A stretch of DNA of 56,056 nucleotides, taken from positions 1 through 56,056 of the IMG/VR virus record IMGVR_UViG_3300030117_003836. One strand, 5' to 3'. Under the pieces are notes generated by a model. That model saw nothing but the letters and a program-made list of their open reading frames with translations. It had not been told where the DNA came from and did not search any database. Below, piece after piece: positions 40,033 to 48,534 of the stretch. This DNA comes from a virus. Its lineage: Duplodnaviria; Caudoviricetes. Positions within the stretch are counted from its first letter, which is position 1. Each line of letters begins with the position of its first letter. The position numbers were made by a program, and so were the translations under genes.

Positions 40033-41780
40033 TTTTCTATCCTTACATTATTTACGTTTAATCTAACATTAAGAAATTCTTTCTCTCTGTTTTTATCACT
40101 TTTGACATGTATCATTTCTATAAGATTTGTTTCTTTATTTCTGTATGGTGCTAATGATAGTAATTTATTAGCATTATACGCTACACGAAATGAACCTCTA
40201 GATGATGATATGTCCATACCTTCTTTAAAAGCAGATTTACTTATTTCACTAACAGCAAACACAACTACGTTGTATTTTACTGCAAGTTCCATAAGAGCTT
40301 GAGAAGCTTCTTCAACTTTCATGTTATTATCTTGACGTTTACTTTTAAATAAGCCCATATGATCAACAACGACAAGTTCTGGTTTGTTTTCCATCATAGA
40401 TATTTTATTTTCTATATCACTAGGATATGGAGAAGAATAATCTACAGTAAGATAATCAAACTTATCTTCTTGTCCATTTTGCAATTGACTATAATGCTGT
40501 TCTAATTGTTCATGAGTCCATTTATTTTCTATCATAACAAATCTCGACCATATTTGCCTTGGTGACATTTCCATTTCTATAAAATATGTTGGCTTCTTTA
40601 ATGCAACTATCCAATTTTGCAATAACATTGTTTTCATACTAGCAGGTGGAGCTTGAATTATCACTACTTCACCTGGATATATAGGAAAGTCTTGTCCATA
40701 TAAAGCACCAATATTAATAGGCTGATGGTCTCTAGCATAGAAATCAATTAGTTCTTTTTCCATAGCTGAAGCATTCATTACTGTTTCAGTACGCAAACTC
40801 TTTCTACCTTTATGTAGTTTACATGTACTATCGCAATAAAACTTAATTATTGGGTCGTCCCAGCCATATGTATAGCCTTCACCACCGTGACCTTCATAAC
40901 AACCTTTTATAATATTAGCCATTTCTTCTTCTTTAAATGGGTGCATACCACTTACCTTTTGACGCCAATTTTCCATAATTAAATAAACAATATCCTTAGG
41001 AAATCTCCATCTTAGATATGCTGCTAATCTTAATGCAACCATATGACGCTTACCTCTTGGTGCACCTTCCATCATTTTTTGTATGCATGTGTGATGTTTA
41101 GTATCACCTACAACTTGAACTATTTCTTTTTGTTTTATTGTTTCTTTAACAGTAACGTCAAATACAGGTTTATCTACAGGATCTACAGGTTCTACTTCTT
41201 TTTGTTCTGATGCATAGTTTTCAATAAAGCTTTTAAAATCCTCTTCATCACAATTCATCATTTTATCAACAAAATCATCTTTTATCTGTACTTTAAATAA
41301 ACCAGACTTAGTATTCTTTGTGTTAACAATTCTAATAATTCTAGTTTTATCAGTAACAGAAGGGTCAGCAATATTAAATATTCCTTTTTCTGTTAGCTCT
41401 TTCTTTACTGTTATATGTAAATCTTTATGAGCTTCCCATTTAAATGTACTTTGATGTATGCCAACATGAAAACCAGTACCACTAAAATAAACTTTACTGG
41501 GAACATCTAGTTGTTTTAGGAGTATAAGTAAACCACCTAATTTATCTCTTGCGTCTAATGTATTCTCACCATCTACATCTAATATAAATTCTTCTGGTAT
41601 ATATATTTTACCATCAAAACCTGATAATGATTTATTATTAGCATAATAACTCTTTACATCTTCATCGTAATTATATAAAGAACAAAATGTATCATTCTCT
41701 ATACCCTGCCATTGTTCAGTATTATCTGCATCTTGAAAATGATGTCTATTTGATAATCCGAACGCAAACTCTTTAATCAT
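40029..41780 (-). CDS. AEP primase-polymerase fused to DnaB/SF4-like helicase
   Basis: ILDVDG, YFSGTGFHV, IIRIVNTKN (AEP motifs); PriCT-like middle; Walker A variant QAPPASMKT, IEMEMS, Walker B LVVVDH, KNRE arginine finger. Confidence 0.82.
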   Translation of the reverse strand: MIKEFAFGLSNRHHFQDADNTEQWQGIENDTFCSLYNYDEDVKSYYANNKSLSGFDGKIYIPEEFILDVDGENTLDARDKLGGLLILLKQLDVPSKVYFSGTGFHVGIHQSTFKWEAHKDLHITVKKELTEKGIFNIADPSVTDKTRIIRIVNTKNTKSGLFKVQIKDDFVDKMMNCDEEDFKSFIENYASEQKEVEPVDPVDKPVFDVTVKETIKQKEIVQVVGDTKHHTCIQKMMEGAPRGKRHMVALRLAAYLRWRFPKDIVYLIMENWRQKVSGMHPFKEEEMANIIKGCYEGHGGEGYTYGWDDPIIKFYCDSTCKLHKGRKSLRTETVMNASAMEKELIDFYARDHQPINIGALYGQDFPIYPGEVVIIQAPPASMKTMLLQNWIVALKKPTYFIEMEMSPRQIWSRFVMIENKWTHEQLEQHYSQLQNGQEDKFDYLTVDYSSPYPSDIENKISMMENKPELVVVDHMGLFKSKRQDNNMKVEEASQALMELAVKYNVVVFAVSEISKSAFKEGMDISSSRGSFRVAYNANKLLSLAPYRNKETNLIEMIHVKSDKNREKEFLNVRLNVNNVRIEK

Positions 41781-41802
41781 ATTATCCTCCTTGTTAGTTA
41801 GT

Positions 41803-41900
41803 ATAAGGGGTACTCACATATTCCTTTGCCTAATTTCTATGTTCGGTGAACACCACCTGTATCCATTAGGACTTATAGGACCAGTTGTTGTACCCCTTAT
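41803..41900. other. Stem-closed structured intergenic element upstream of primase-helicase
   Basis: ATAAGGGGTAC/GTACCCCTTAT perfect 11-bp inverted repeat enclosing 76 nt with internal pairings. Confidence 0.6.
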
Positions 41901-41912
41901 TACATCAGTTAA

Positions 41913-42482
41913 TTAAAATGGTATTTCTTCTCCAGTCCCTGTTGAACTTGATTCGACATTTTGACTAACTGGTGTGGAGGATACAAAACTAGAGTCTCCC
42001 TCACTTGTATTATTTAATTTAGGCATTACAAAGTCATTATAGAATTTCTTTGCTTTAGCCTTCCAATATGTTACATCATCTTCAGTAAACTTCTCTGCAG
42101 CATTTTCAAATACTGTTGGTGCAAATTGCTTTAATATTCTACTATATTTACCATCTTTATATAGATATATATTAACTTGTTTACCAGCTAATAATGCTGG
42201 GTTATCATCCATTTTGATCACCATTTTACCATCTGTACCTTCTAATGCACTAGTAATACCTGCATTAGCAAATCTGAAGACTTGACCTACTGCCCATTCT
42301 TCACCATTACTAACCTTTTCATATATTCTAGCATTAAAGTTATCAGGATAGCCTTCAAACCACACATCAAGATATTTAGCGTCATTATATACACCAAATG
42401 CAGCTCTTGATATAGTTGCAGTTTTCCAACCAGACTCGTAGCTCATGCCACCGCCTTTATTTACTGTTATTGTTCTAGCCAT
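41913..42482 (-). CDS. Probable single-stranded DNA-binding protein
   Basis: 189 aa; flexible Ser/Thr tail ending EEIPF like the bacterial SSB C-terminal peptide; lies between ERF and primase. Confidence 0.65.
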   Translation of the reverse strand: MARTITVNKGGGMSYESGWKTATISRAAFGVYNDAKYLDVWFEGYPDNFNARIYEKVSNGEEWAVGQVFRFANAGITSALEGTDGKMVIKMDDNPALLAGKQVNIYLYKDGKYSRILKQFAPTVFENAAEKFTEDDVTYWKAKAKKFYNDFVMPKLNNTSEGDSSFVSSTPVSQNVESSSTGTGEEIPF

Positions 42483-42945
42483 TCGTTACTCCTTTATTTT
42501 GAATTGAATTACCATCATCATCTGTTTGTGCAATACCTATCATAGCAGATAAAGAAAATCTTCTAGCATATGTTATTGTTGCACCTACAGCCTGAGCATC
42601 TTTTTTGCCACCAATAGGCATTTTTAACTTAGATTTAATCCATTGACCTGATTCATGTAATAACATAGTAGTTACATAAAAACTACCTCTATCACAGGTA
42701 TCATTTCCCTGTATTACGGATAAACCATTTTTAGTTAATTGTGGAAAGCATGATTTAATTACAGTATCTAAATCAGCATAATTTGATTTAAAGAATGGAT
42801 TAACACTACTTGCTAATGCACCTTTTATTTCAGATTGAGCTTTTGCTAATGCTGCAGCCAATTTGTCAATTTCAGGTGACATCCATTCATCTTTTCTTCT
42901 ATTTTGAGGGACAGAAGTTCCCTTAGGTTCTTGAATTTCTTCCAT
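42475..42945 (-). CDS. erf: ERF-family single-strand annealing protein
   Basis: NPFFKSNYADL, LLHESGQWI, AQAVGATITYARRFSLSAMIGIAQTDDDG. Confidence 0.9.
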   Translation of the reverse strand: MEEIQEPKGTSVPQNRRKDEWMSPEIDKLAAALAKAQSEIKGALASSVNPFFKSNYADLDTVIKSCFPQLTKNGLSVIQGNDTCDRGSFYVTTMLLHESGQWIKSKLKMPIGGKKDAQAVGATITYARRFSLSAMIGIAQTDDDGNSIQNKGVTNG

Positions 42946-42992
42946 GAATCCTCCTGTTATTTATGTTTTTTAGTATCCCTAGATGGGGTTAT

Positions 42993-43021
42993 AATATACG
43001 TATATTATATTTATTTCGCAA
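42993..43021 (-). promoter_or_regulatory. Sigma70-type promoter for the replication/recombination operon
   Basis: Minus strand TTGCGA (43021-43016), 17 nt, TATATT (42998-42993); RBS AGGAGG before erf. Confidence 0.6.
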
Positions 43022-43024
43022 GTA

Positions 43025-43122
43025 TTAAAGAGATTGAACTTACTCGAATTACCGCGGTTAGACTTTCAACGATAGCTGCTTACCAAGTTCATGGGCCTTC
43101 TATCTTAATTCAATCTCTTTAA
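43025..43122. other. Stem-closed structured element right after the E1 gene
   Basis: TTAAAGAGATTGAA/TTCAATCTCTTTAA perfect 14-bp inverted repeat enclosing 70 nt. Confidence 0.6.
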
Positions 43123-43123
43123 A

Positions 43124-43786
43124 TTATTTAGCAAGTATCATTGTAGGAAAGTTGAATGAAAATTTCTTATCATAAGGCTGATTAGTTATTAACTTTCTCA
43201 CAGCATTACAGATAAAGCTACCACTCATATTACTACAATAACTTGTTGCTTTCATTGTACATGGCTCAGGATCAGAATCATGATCAGGATACCACGTAGT
43301 TAAGTATTGCCTTAATGTAGGTTTAGGCAATATATATTGTTGATAATGTTCTGCACCCATTCTGCCATCAATAATAGCAAATGGTTTTATTCTACTATTA
43401 GATATATGTGTCACTGCATCTAATCTAGATTGCATACTATCAAAACCAAGTATAATTATATCATTATGCTCAGTCATAGGACGATATTCATTTTGTTGTG
43501 GGAAATTACCAAAATATTTATCAACTGTTTTCTTACTTCCAGTGATATTTATAATATGATGATACAAACAATCTACTTTTCTTTTACCTACATCAGTCAT
43601 ATTATACTGACTAACACCTACATTTGGTTGCTCTACAACATCACCGTCATAAAGTGCAAAGTTTTCTGCTCCCATTCTCGCCAATTGTATGGCTGCGGAA
43701 CTTCCAATAGCTCCGCAACCAAGTATATGGTAAGAATAGTCGTTCATATTGTTAACTATATCACTGAATCTACTATTTCTTTCCAT
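43124..43786 (-). CDS. E1-like (ThiF/MoeB family) ubiquitin-like activating enzyme
   Basis: ILGCGAIGS, YDGDVVEQPNVGVSQY, DVGKRKVDCL, GFDSMQSR, IDGRMG, candidate catalytic Cys176 in EPCTMKAT. Confidence 0.92.
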   Translation of the reverse strand: MERNSRFSDIVNNMNDYSYHILGCGAIGSSAAIQLARMGAENFALYDGDVVEQPNVGVSQYNMTDVGKRKVDCLYHHIINITGSKKTVDKYFGNFPQQNEYRPMTEHNDIIILGFDSMQSRLDAVTHISNSRIKPFAIIDGRMGAEHYQQYILPKPTLRQYLTTWYPDHDSDPEPCTMKATSYCSNMSGSFICNAVRKLITNQPYDKKFSFNFPTMILAK

Positions 43787-43795
43787 GTCTCCTCC

Positions 43796-44722
43796 TTATA
43801 TTCCATATGATTGATTATACATTTCGTAATCTAACAAAGAATCTGTTGGATCACAATCTTCATACCCTATTTCACAAGTTATAAAATCACTAGGTTCTAA
43901 ATGTAAGATTTCTTCAAAATTACATTGAGCTATTAAATTAACAGTCAATGGCATTTTTGAATTTTCTAATCTTCTATTTAAATCCTTTATTTTATTTGCG
44001 TACTTAGGATATTGATACTCTCCCATTACAAATCCATCGTTTATTTTTTGTACTTTTTCTATTAATTGAATCCATGCATTAGTAATTGTATTCTTTTTCA
44101 TGGTTTCACCTCTAAATAAACTAGTTTGATTTGGGTTAGGAACTGTAAAGTTTTTCACAACTCCATTTTCTGTAACACTTTTCCACTGAGTACCAGAATT
44201 ATACCAACTCTTTTGAGGTTGAGTACATTGTGCTTCAACTTCTTTTGCTATTTTCTTTGGTATTTTATACCCTTCTTCATCTCCTACAATTTCAAGCTCT
44301 ACATCTTCATGCATTGTAAAAGGTTTCCATACAGATACTCTACACTTATATTCTTCTTTTACGTTGACTACTAGAGCAAAGCTCAAGTCGCCATCTTCAT
44401 ATTCATCTATAGTGTTTGTATCAGTACCACTCCAAAATGCATTCATTTTAGCATGAGAATGCCACCAACAAAAGCGAATATTATCTTTCTTATACTTCAT
44501 AGCTGCTTTACTATAATATTGTGCTAATTCAGTTTTATCTAATTCACATAATGCTGATGATACTTCTTGCTTCATTATTACAGGATCAATAATTTGCCAA
44601 TCACCATCTTCATCTTGTCTAGTAACTGCCATACCACCTATTTCTGTACCCCATTTATCTGACGCACATCTAGCATAGTTAATTATTTTATCCCAATCCT
44701 TCTGTTCTATATATACTTTCAT
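43796..44722 (-). CDS. JAB/MPN+ metallopeptidase (deubiquitinase-like)
   Basis: EIGG...WWHSHAKMNAFWSGTD fits the JAMM E-x(n)-HxH-x7-S-x2-D motif. Confidence 0.9.
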   Translation of the reverse strand: MKVYIEQKDWDKIINYARCASDKWGTEIGGMAVTRQDEDGDWQIIDPVIMKQEVSSALCELDKTELAQYYSKAAMKYKKDNIRFCWWHSHAKMNAFWSGTDTNTIDEYEDGDLSFALVVNVKEEYKCRVSVWKPFTMHEDVELEIVGDEEGYKIPKKIAKEVEAQCTQPQKSWYNSGTQWKSVTENGVVKNFTVPNPNQTSLFRGETMKKNTITNAWIQLIEKVQKINDGFVMGEYQYPKYANKIKDLNRRLENSKMPLTVNLIAQCNFEEILHLEPSDFITCEIGYEDCDPTDSLLDYEMYNQSYGI

Positions 44723-45993
44723 TATTGGTTCCTCCTTACCATTTGTAATGTAGCATGTTCTAATGCTTTTTGTTGTACCTCTTCAGGCGTTAGTTGTTTA
44801 GTTACACTTTTCCATGTATCGCAAGTTTCTTTTATTGTACAATACTTTATACAATAAGAATCTTCTTCTACATTTACTCCATCATTACTTAGCTGACGTA
44901 ATTCCGATCTATAATCGCAACGATTTGCATTTGTAGCCCCTTGAACATTAAAGAACTCTTCATTGTTTTCTAAGCAAGTTGGAATACCATGATATGTTTG
45001 AGTTATTCTATTCAAAGGCTGTGTATTAGTATCATAATGAGTCATTACTCTATCTATAAACAATTGCAATGATATAAAATCTAGTGATTGTATACATGCT
45101 TGAAACTCATCTTCCAAATTACCTACACACACATATTTAAAATTATAATGATGTTGATTACTATGATTATAGCTATTGTGATTTCTAGAAATATAAGGAT
45201 GTTCTATTCCCATATAACTATCCCAATTACCGCCAATAGTATAAGCACTATTTCTTGCATTGCTAGAAAATCTACTATTTCTTATATTCTTTATTTTAGT
45301 TAAATCATGTTTTGCCATAATAATACTATTTAATAGTTTGTTTAAAGAAAATCTAACAGAGATATAACCACGTCCAGGTATTTCTATCTCTGCTATTTCT
45401 TCATTACTATCAACATGCTTATATGATAGTTTGACATCTTGATAATTATATATAATATCTAGTTTATAATTACATAATTCATCATCATTATCAAATTCTT
45501 CATGTAAAGCCATTGTAAATTTATGATTAGAATTTTCATACTGTTCCATTAAATGATTATATAGTATATTCCAAGCTTCTATTACATCATCAGTATTGTC
45601 TTGCATTATTAAACCTTGTTGTCTAAAGTTTATTAATATATTTTCTATATTATATAATTCATTTTTAATACCTCTTAATCTCCAATTAGCATTATCTTGC
45701 ACTCGTTGTACAACTTTTTCTAATGAAGCTGCTTTTTTATGCATTTCACCTTGATACCATAGTATTTGTTTTATAGTATCATATGCACCTGGTTTCCAAT
45801 AAAACTTTTTAGTAATACCTAAGTTTTTAGTTGGTGCTTGTAAATAATAAGATCTATTTACGTGATTAGGTCCTTGAATATATTTATGATTAAATTCATC
45901 TATAAGTTCTAAAACTTCTGCCTGTGGACCTAATTGTACATTCTCTATCAAACGTGTTAAGTTTGGATTTAATTCGAATAAATTAGTTTGCAT
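44722..45993 (-). CDS. Probable E2-like ubiquitin-conjugating protein with long N-terminal extension
   Basis: EHPYIS...YVC289VGN followed by helices and YDTNTQPLN, echoing the E2 HPN...C motif; position between Ubl and JAB. Confidence 0.62.
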   Translation of the reverse strand: MQTNLFELNPNLTRLIENVQLGPQAEVLELIDEFNHKYIQGPNHVNRSYYLQAPTKNLGITKKFYWKPGAYDTIKQILWYQGEMHKKAASLEKVVQRVQDNANWRLRGIKNELYNIENILINFRQQGLIMQDNTDDVIEAWNILYNHLMEQYENSNHKFTMALHEEFDNDDELCNYKLDIIYNYQDVKLSYKHVDSNEEIAEIEIPGRGYISVRFSLNKLLNSIIMAKHDLTKIKNIRNSRFSSNARNSAYTIGGNWDSYMGIEHPYISRNHNSYNHSNQHHYNFKYVCVGNLEDEFQACIQSLDFISLQLFIDRVMTHYDTNTQPLNRITQTYHGIPTCLENNEEFFNVQGATNANRCDYRSELRQLSNDGVNVEEDSYCIKYCTIKETCDTWKSVTKQLTPEEVQQKALEHATLQMVRRNQ

Positions 45994-46014
45994 TTGTATC
46001 TCTCCTTATTTAAT

Positions 46015-46060
46015 AGATAGGGGGACTGTGAGTGTGAGGTGAGTTTCGCCCCCCGTATCT
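46015..46060 (-). promoter_or_regulatory. Hairpin between Ubl and E2 genes
   Basis: agataggggg / cccccgtatct stem; loop carries three CTCAC repeats on the - strand. Confidence 0.5.
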
Positions 46061-46072
46061 TGTTAGAACTAT

Positions 46073-46288
46073 TTACTGACAACCACCAGATTTATTATTC
46101 TGTACAGCTGCCACTACGGAACCATCAGTAAGCTCATGTGTATCCGCCACATTAGTACCATTTACTGCTATATCAGCATTAGAACTGATTTCTAATTCAG
46201 CTCTTAATTGAGCCACAGTTAATGATGTTACTTCTTTGTCAACGAATCCACCACCCGCTAACCATCTTATTGTTCTTGTGTTTGCCAT
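46073..46288 (-). CDS. Ubiquitin-like (beta-grasp) protein with C-terminal GG plus a 2-residue extension
   Basis: 71 aa; TVAQLRAEL...IAVNG...HELTDGSVVAAV...KSGG-CQ; SD AAGGAGG. Confidence 0.85.
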   Translation of the reverse strand: MANTRTIRWLAGGGFVDKEVTSLTVAQLRAELEISSNADIAVNGTNVADTHELTDGSVVAAVQNNKSGGCQ

Positions 46289-46310
46289 AAGGCCTCCTTT
46301 TTTTAGTTAA

Positions 46311-46466
46311 CTATCTCCATTTTTCGGCTGCGTCTACGTAGCAATCCTCAGCATATTCAGCCAGTTTTTCTAAATTAAGATTATTTTCTCTGGTATCTTT
46401 TAATTTCATAGTATATGATTTCATAGTACCAGTTTTATCTAATCTCCATACTTTTACTTTTAACAT
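46311..46466 (-). CDS. Small hypothetical protein (not in track)
   Basis: RBS AGGAGG; MLKVKVWRLDKTGTMKSYTMKLKDTRENNLNLEKLAEYAEDCYVDAAEKWR (51 aa). Confidence 0.55.
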   Translation of the reverse strand: MLKVKVWRLDKTGTMKSYTMKLKDTRENNLNLEKLAEYAEDCYVDAAEKWR

Positions 46467-46987
46467 ATAGTAAATCCTCCTGATTCTTTGCAGAATAATG
46501 CAAATCTTTCTACATTATCTTTACTAAATGGATAACTAGCCATGAATTTCACATCTTTATCATCGCTTTTTTCCATTTTAGCTCTTTGTTTTTCATAATC
46601 TTTACTATATCTATCAACAGTTCCATCTTCAATTAAATCCATTAATCTATCAGCTATGTCAATAGATTTCTTTTCATTAATTTTGCGTCCATCATTATAT
46701 GAACCAGAAGTCATTTCTTTTTCTGTTAATATATCATCACAATGTTCACATACAAATTCCCATAATGGGCGCCACCACCATACATTATTACGAAAATATA
46801 TACCAGGATTATCGTCATGATATTTATCCATTTGCTCCCAGTATTTAGTCCTATCTTCTTTACTAAGTTGATCTTGCATTTCCCACCTTTGTTTCCAATC
46901 CTGAATAGATTCTATCATGCCATATACACTAGTATCATCCAGTTTTACATTCATTTTAGGGTTTAACCCTGATAAATCAAATCCCAT
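46460..46987 (-). CDS. Phage hypothetical protein (YFRNNVWWWRPLW motif)
   Basis: 175 aa; MGFDL start, YFRNNVWWWRPLW, FCKESGGFTIC end. Confidence 0.65.
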   Translation of the reverse strand: MGFDLSGLNPKMNVKLDDTSVYGMIESIQDWKQRWEMQDQLSKEDRTKYWEQMDKYHDDNPGIYFRNNVWWWRPLWEFVCEHCDDILTEKEMTSGSYNDGRKINEKKSIDIADRLMDLIEDGTVDRYSKDYEKQRAKMEKSDDKDVKFMASYPFSKDNVERFALFCKESGGFTIC

Positions 46988-47295
46988 TTAAATTCACCCC
47001 CTTACAGATCATAGGTACACCAGGTAATGGCTCTACGCATTCTGTTTTATTTTTGTTAACATTGTCTTGTTCTTTGAGAATTATTATATCTGTTGGGTCA
47101 TTTACATTAACCAATAAATATAATGTGATTACTGTTGCTTTCATTTTGCCTCCACATCATTATCTTTTAGTATTATTTCAATTCTAGACATTATTCTATT
47201 GCCTAGCTCATCATTTTTTTGTGTAATAGCTATATATGTATATACATCTCTTAATATTGCTAATACATCTTTTACATTTCTAAAGTGTACACCCA

Positions 47296-47547
47296 TTATA
47301 ACTCTCCTTCCAATGCTTTTACTTTATCTACTGTTTCTTTTAAAGTATCTGCATTTAAATGTCCTACTACATCATCAGTTATAGGTGTATTATATGTTAT
47401 ATTATATGTTTTAACTTCTTTGGGCGCGTCCTTTTCATCATCCCAGGTGCCTTCCCATTCTAATACTGCTAACTCTAAGCCATAGCTATATTCACTACAT
47501 ATAATACTTACTCCATAACCATTCTTAAATAAACTTACATCTGCCAT
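47296..47547 (-). CDS. Phage hypothetical protein
   Basis: 83 aa; FKNGYGVSII...ELAVL...TPITDDVVGHL; RBS AAGGAG. Confidence 0.65.
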   Translation of the reverse strand: MADVSLFKNGYGVSIICSEYSYGLELAVLEWEGTWDDEKDAPKEVKTYNITYNTPITDDVVGHLNADTLKETVDKVKALEGEL

Positions 47548-47567
47548 TGTATTCTCCTTTTAATTGT

Positions 47568-48058
47568 ATGTGGCTGGTGAAGGATTTGAGATTACCTTCA
47601 AGATGATATTTCCCTATGGGCTTTTGACCTCACGACACATATAATAGCGACTGTCATCACTTTACTCATATTAAGCTGCGTGCACTTAATACATTGTAAA
47701 ATCTACTACAGAATATTATATCTTATACATCTCGGGAATACGAGTTAGATTCATAGTATAAGTTAATGCCGACATAAAATCTCTGCCTCTCGGCTTCTTT
47801 TTATGTTCTCGTTTACACCTACTTACATCCAGTGAGTTACCACCATATTACTGCCATTCAACAATAATATTAGACATCTCTTAGATGCAATACCTGTGTG
47901 CTTTTATGCAAAACACTTTCACAGGTTTACCATTTAACATAGCAAATTAATATCAGATGATCAGTCTAATATCTACTACTATGTACCACATGGGAGGGTC
48001 GCGTTTCACAGGGATGAACCTGTTACTTGACTTTATAAGCTTATGAAAGCTGACCCTC
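47568..48058 (-). ncRNA. Candidate large structured non-coding RNA
   Basis: No ORF; closing stem AUGUGGU/GCCACAU, about ten internal helices with minus-strand G-U pairs, GNRA loops; separate 5' domain 47994-48058. Confidence 0.65.
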
Positions 48059-48070
48059 AGTTCTTATTAA

Positions 48071-48346
48071 TTACTTAGGTTCTGGTAAAGAATTATCATA
48101 CAAATCTTCTTCTCTATCAGTTTTAACACCAAATATCCTTGTGCCACACCTTTTATGTAATGCATTAGTGTGTTTCTTAAGAATATATTCAGTATTTTCA
48201 GTTAATTCTTTAAGATCTTTAATCTTTACATCTTCATTACCTAATAATTTTAGGATAATGTCGCGCTGCTCTATAATAAATGCTATTAAGTGCATTGCTG
48301 TGTTACTTTGTAACATAGTTGTGTCCAACTTTATTTTATTATTCAT
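48071..48346 (-). CDS. Hypothetical early protein
   Basis: 91 aa. Confidence 0.55.
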   Translation of the reverse strand: MNNKIKLDTTMLQSNTAMHLIAFIIEQRDIILKLLGNEDVKIKDLKELTENTEYILKKHTNALHKRCGTRIFGVKTDREEDLYDNSLPEPK

Positions 48347-48534
48347 TTATTCCAACCCTCCACATTTAATTTGCCGTATTTATCTTCATGACATGGTACA
48401 CAATTACGCTCTTTAACTTTACCAAAATCATACTCTTGTACTACTAATTTATTCCAATCAAAATATACTTTACATTCCTTGCATTCTGATTGAAATAGTT
48501 TACCTGCATCACCACCTCTTATGTATATTATCAT
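48343..48534 (-). CDS. Small zinc-finger protein
   Basis: CKEC...CVPC; RBS AAGGAG. Confidence 0.6.
   Translation of the reverse strand: MIIYIRGGDAGKLFQSECKECKVYFDWNKLVVQEYDFGKVKERNCVPCHEDKYGKLNVEGWNK

Noticed and set aside
43124-46288. Thiamine/molybdopterin sulfur-carrier (ThiS-ThiF) auxiliary metabolic genes
   Set aside because: No ThiG, MoaE or cysteine desulfurase genes; an E2-like gene and a JAB lie between Ubl and E1.
47568-47600. tRNA/tmRNA-like 3' end on the - strand (GAAGG...CAAAUCCUUC ACCAGCCA)
   Set aside because: The loop is 11 nt without UUCRA, there is no matching acceptor 5' strand or cloverleaf and no CCA; treated as part of the larger RNA.
47994-48058. Hammerhead ribozyme
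   Set aside because: Three-way topology and GAAAC are present, but the CUGANGA core is absent (UCAAGUA instead).
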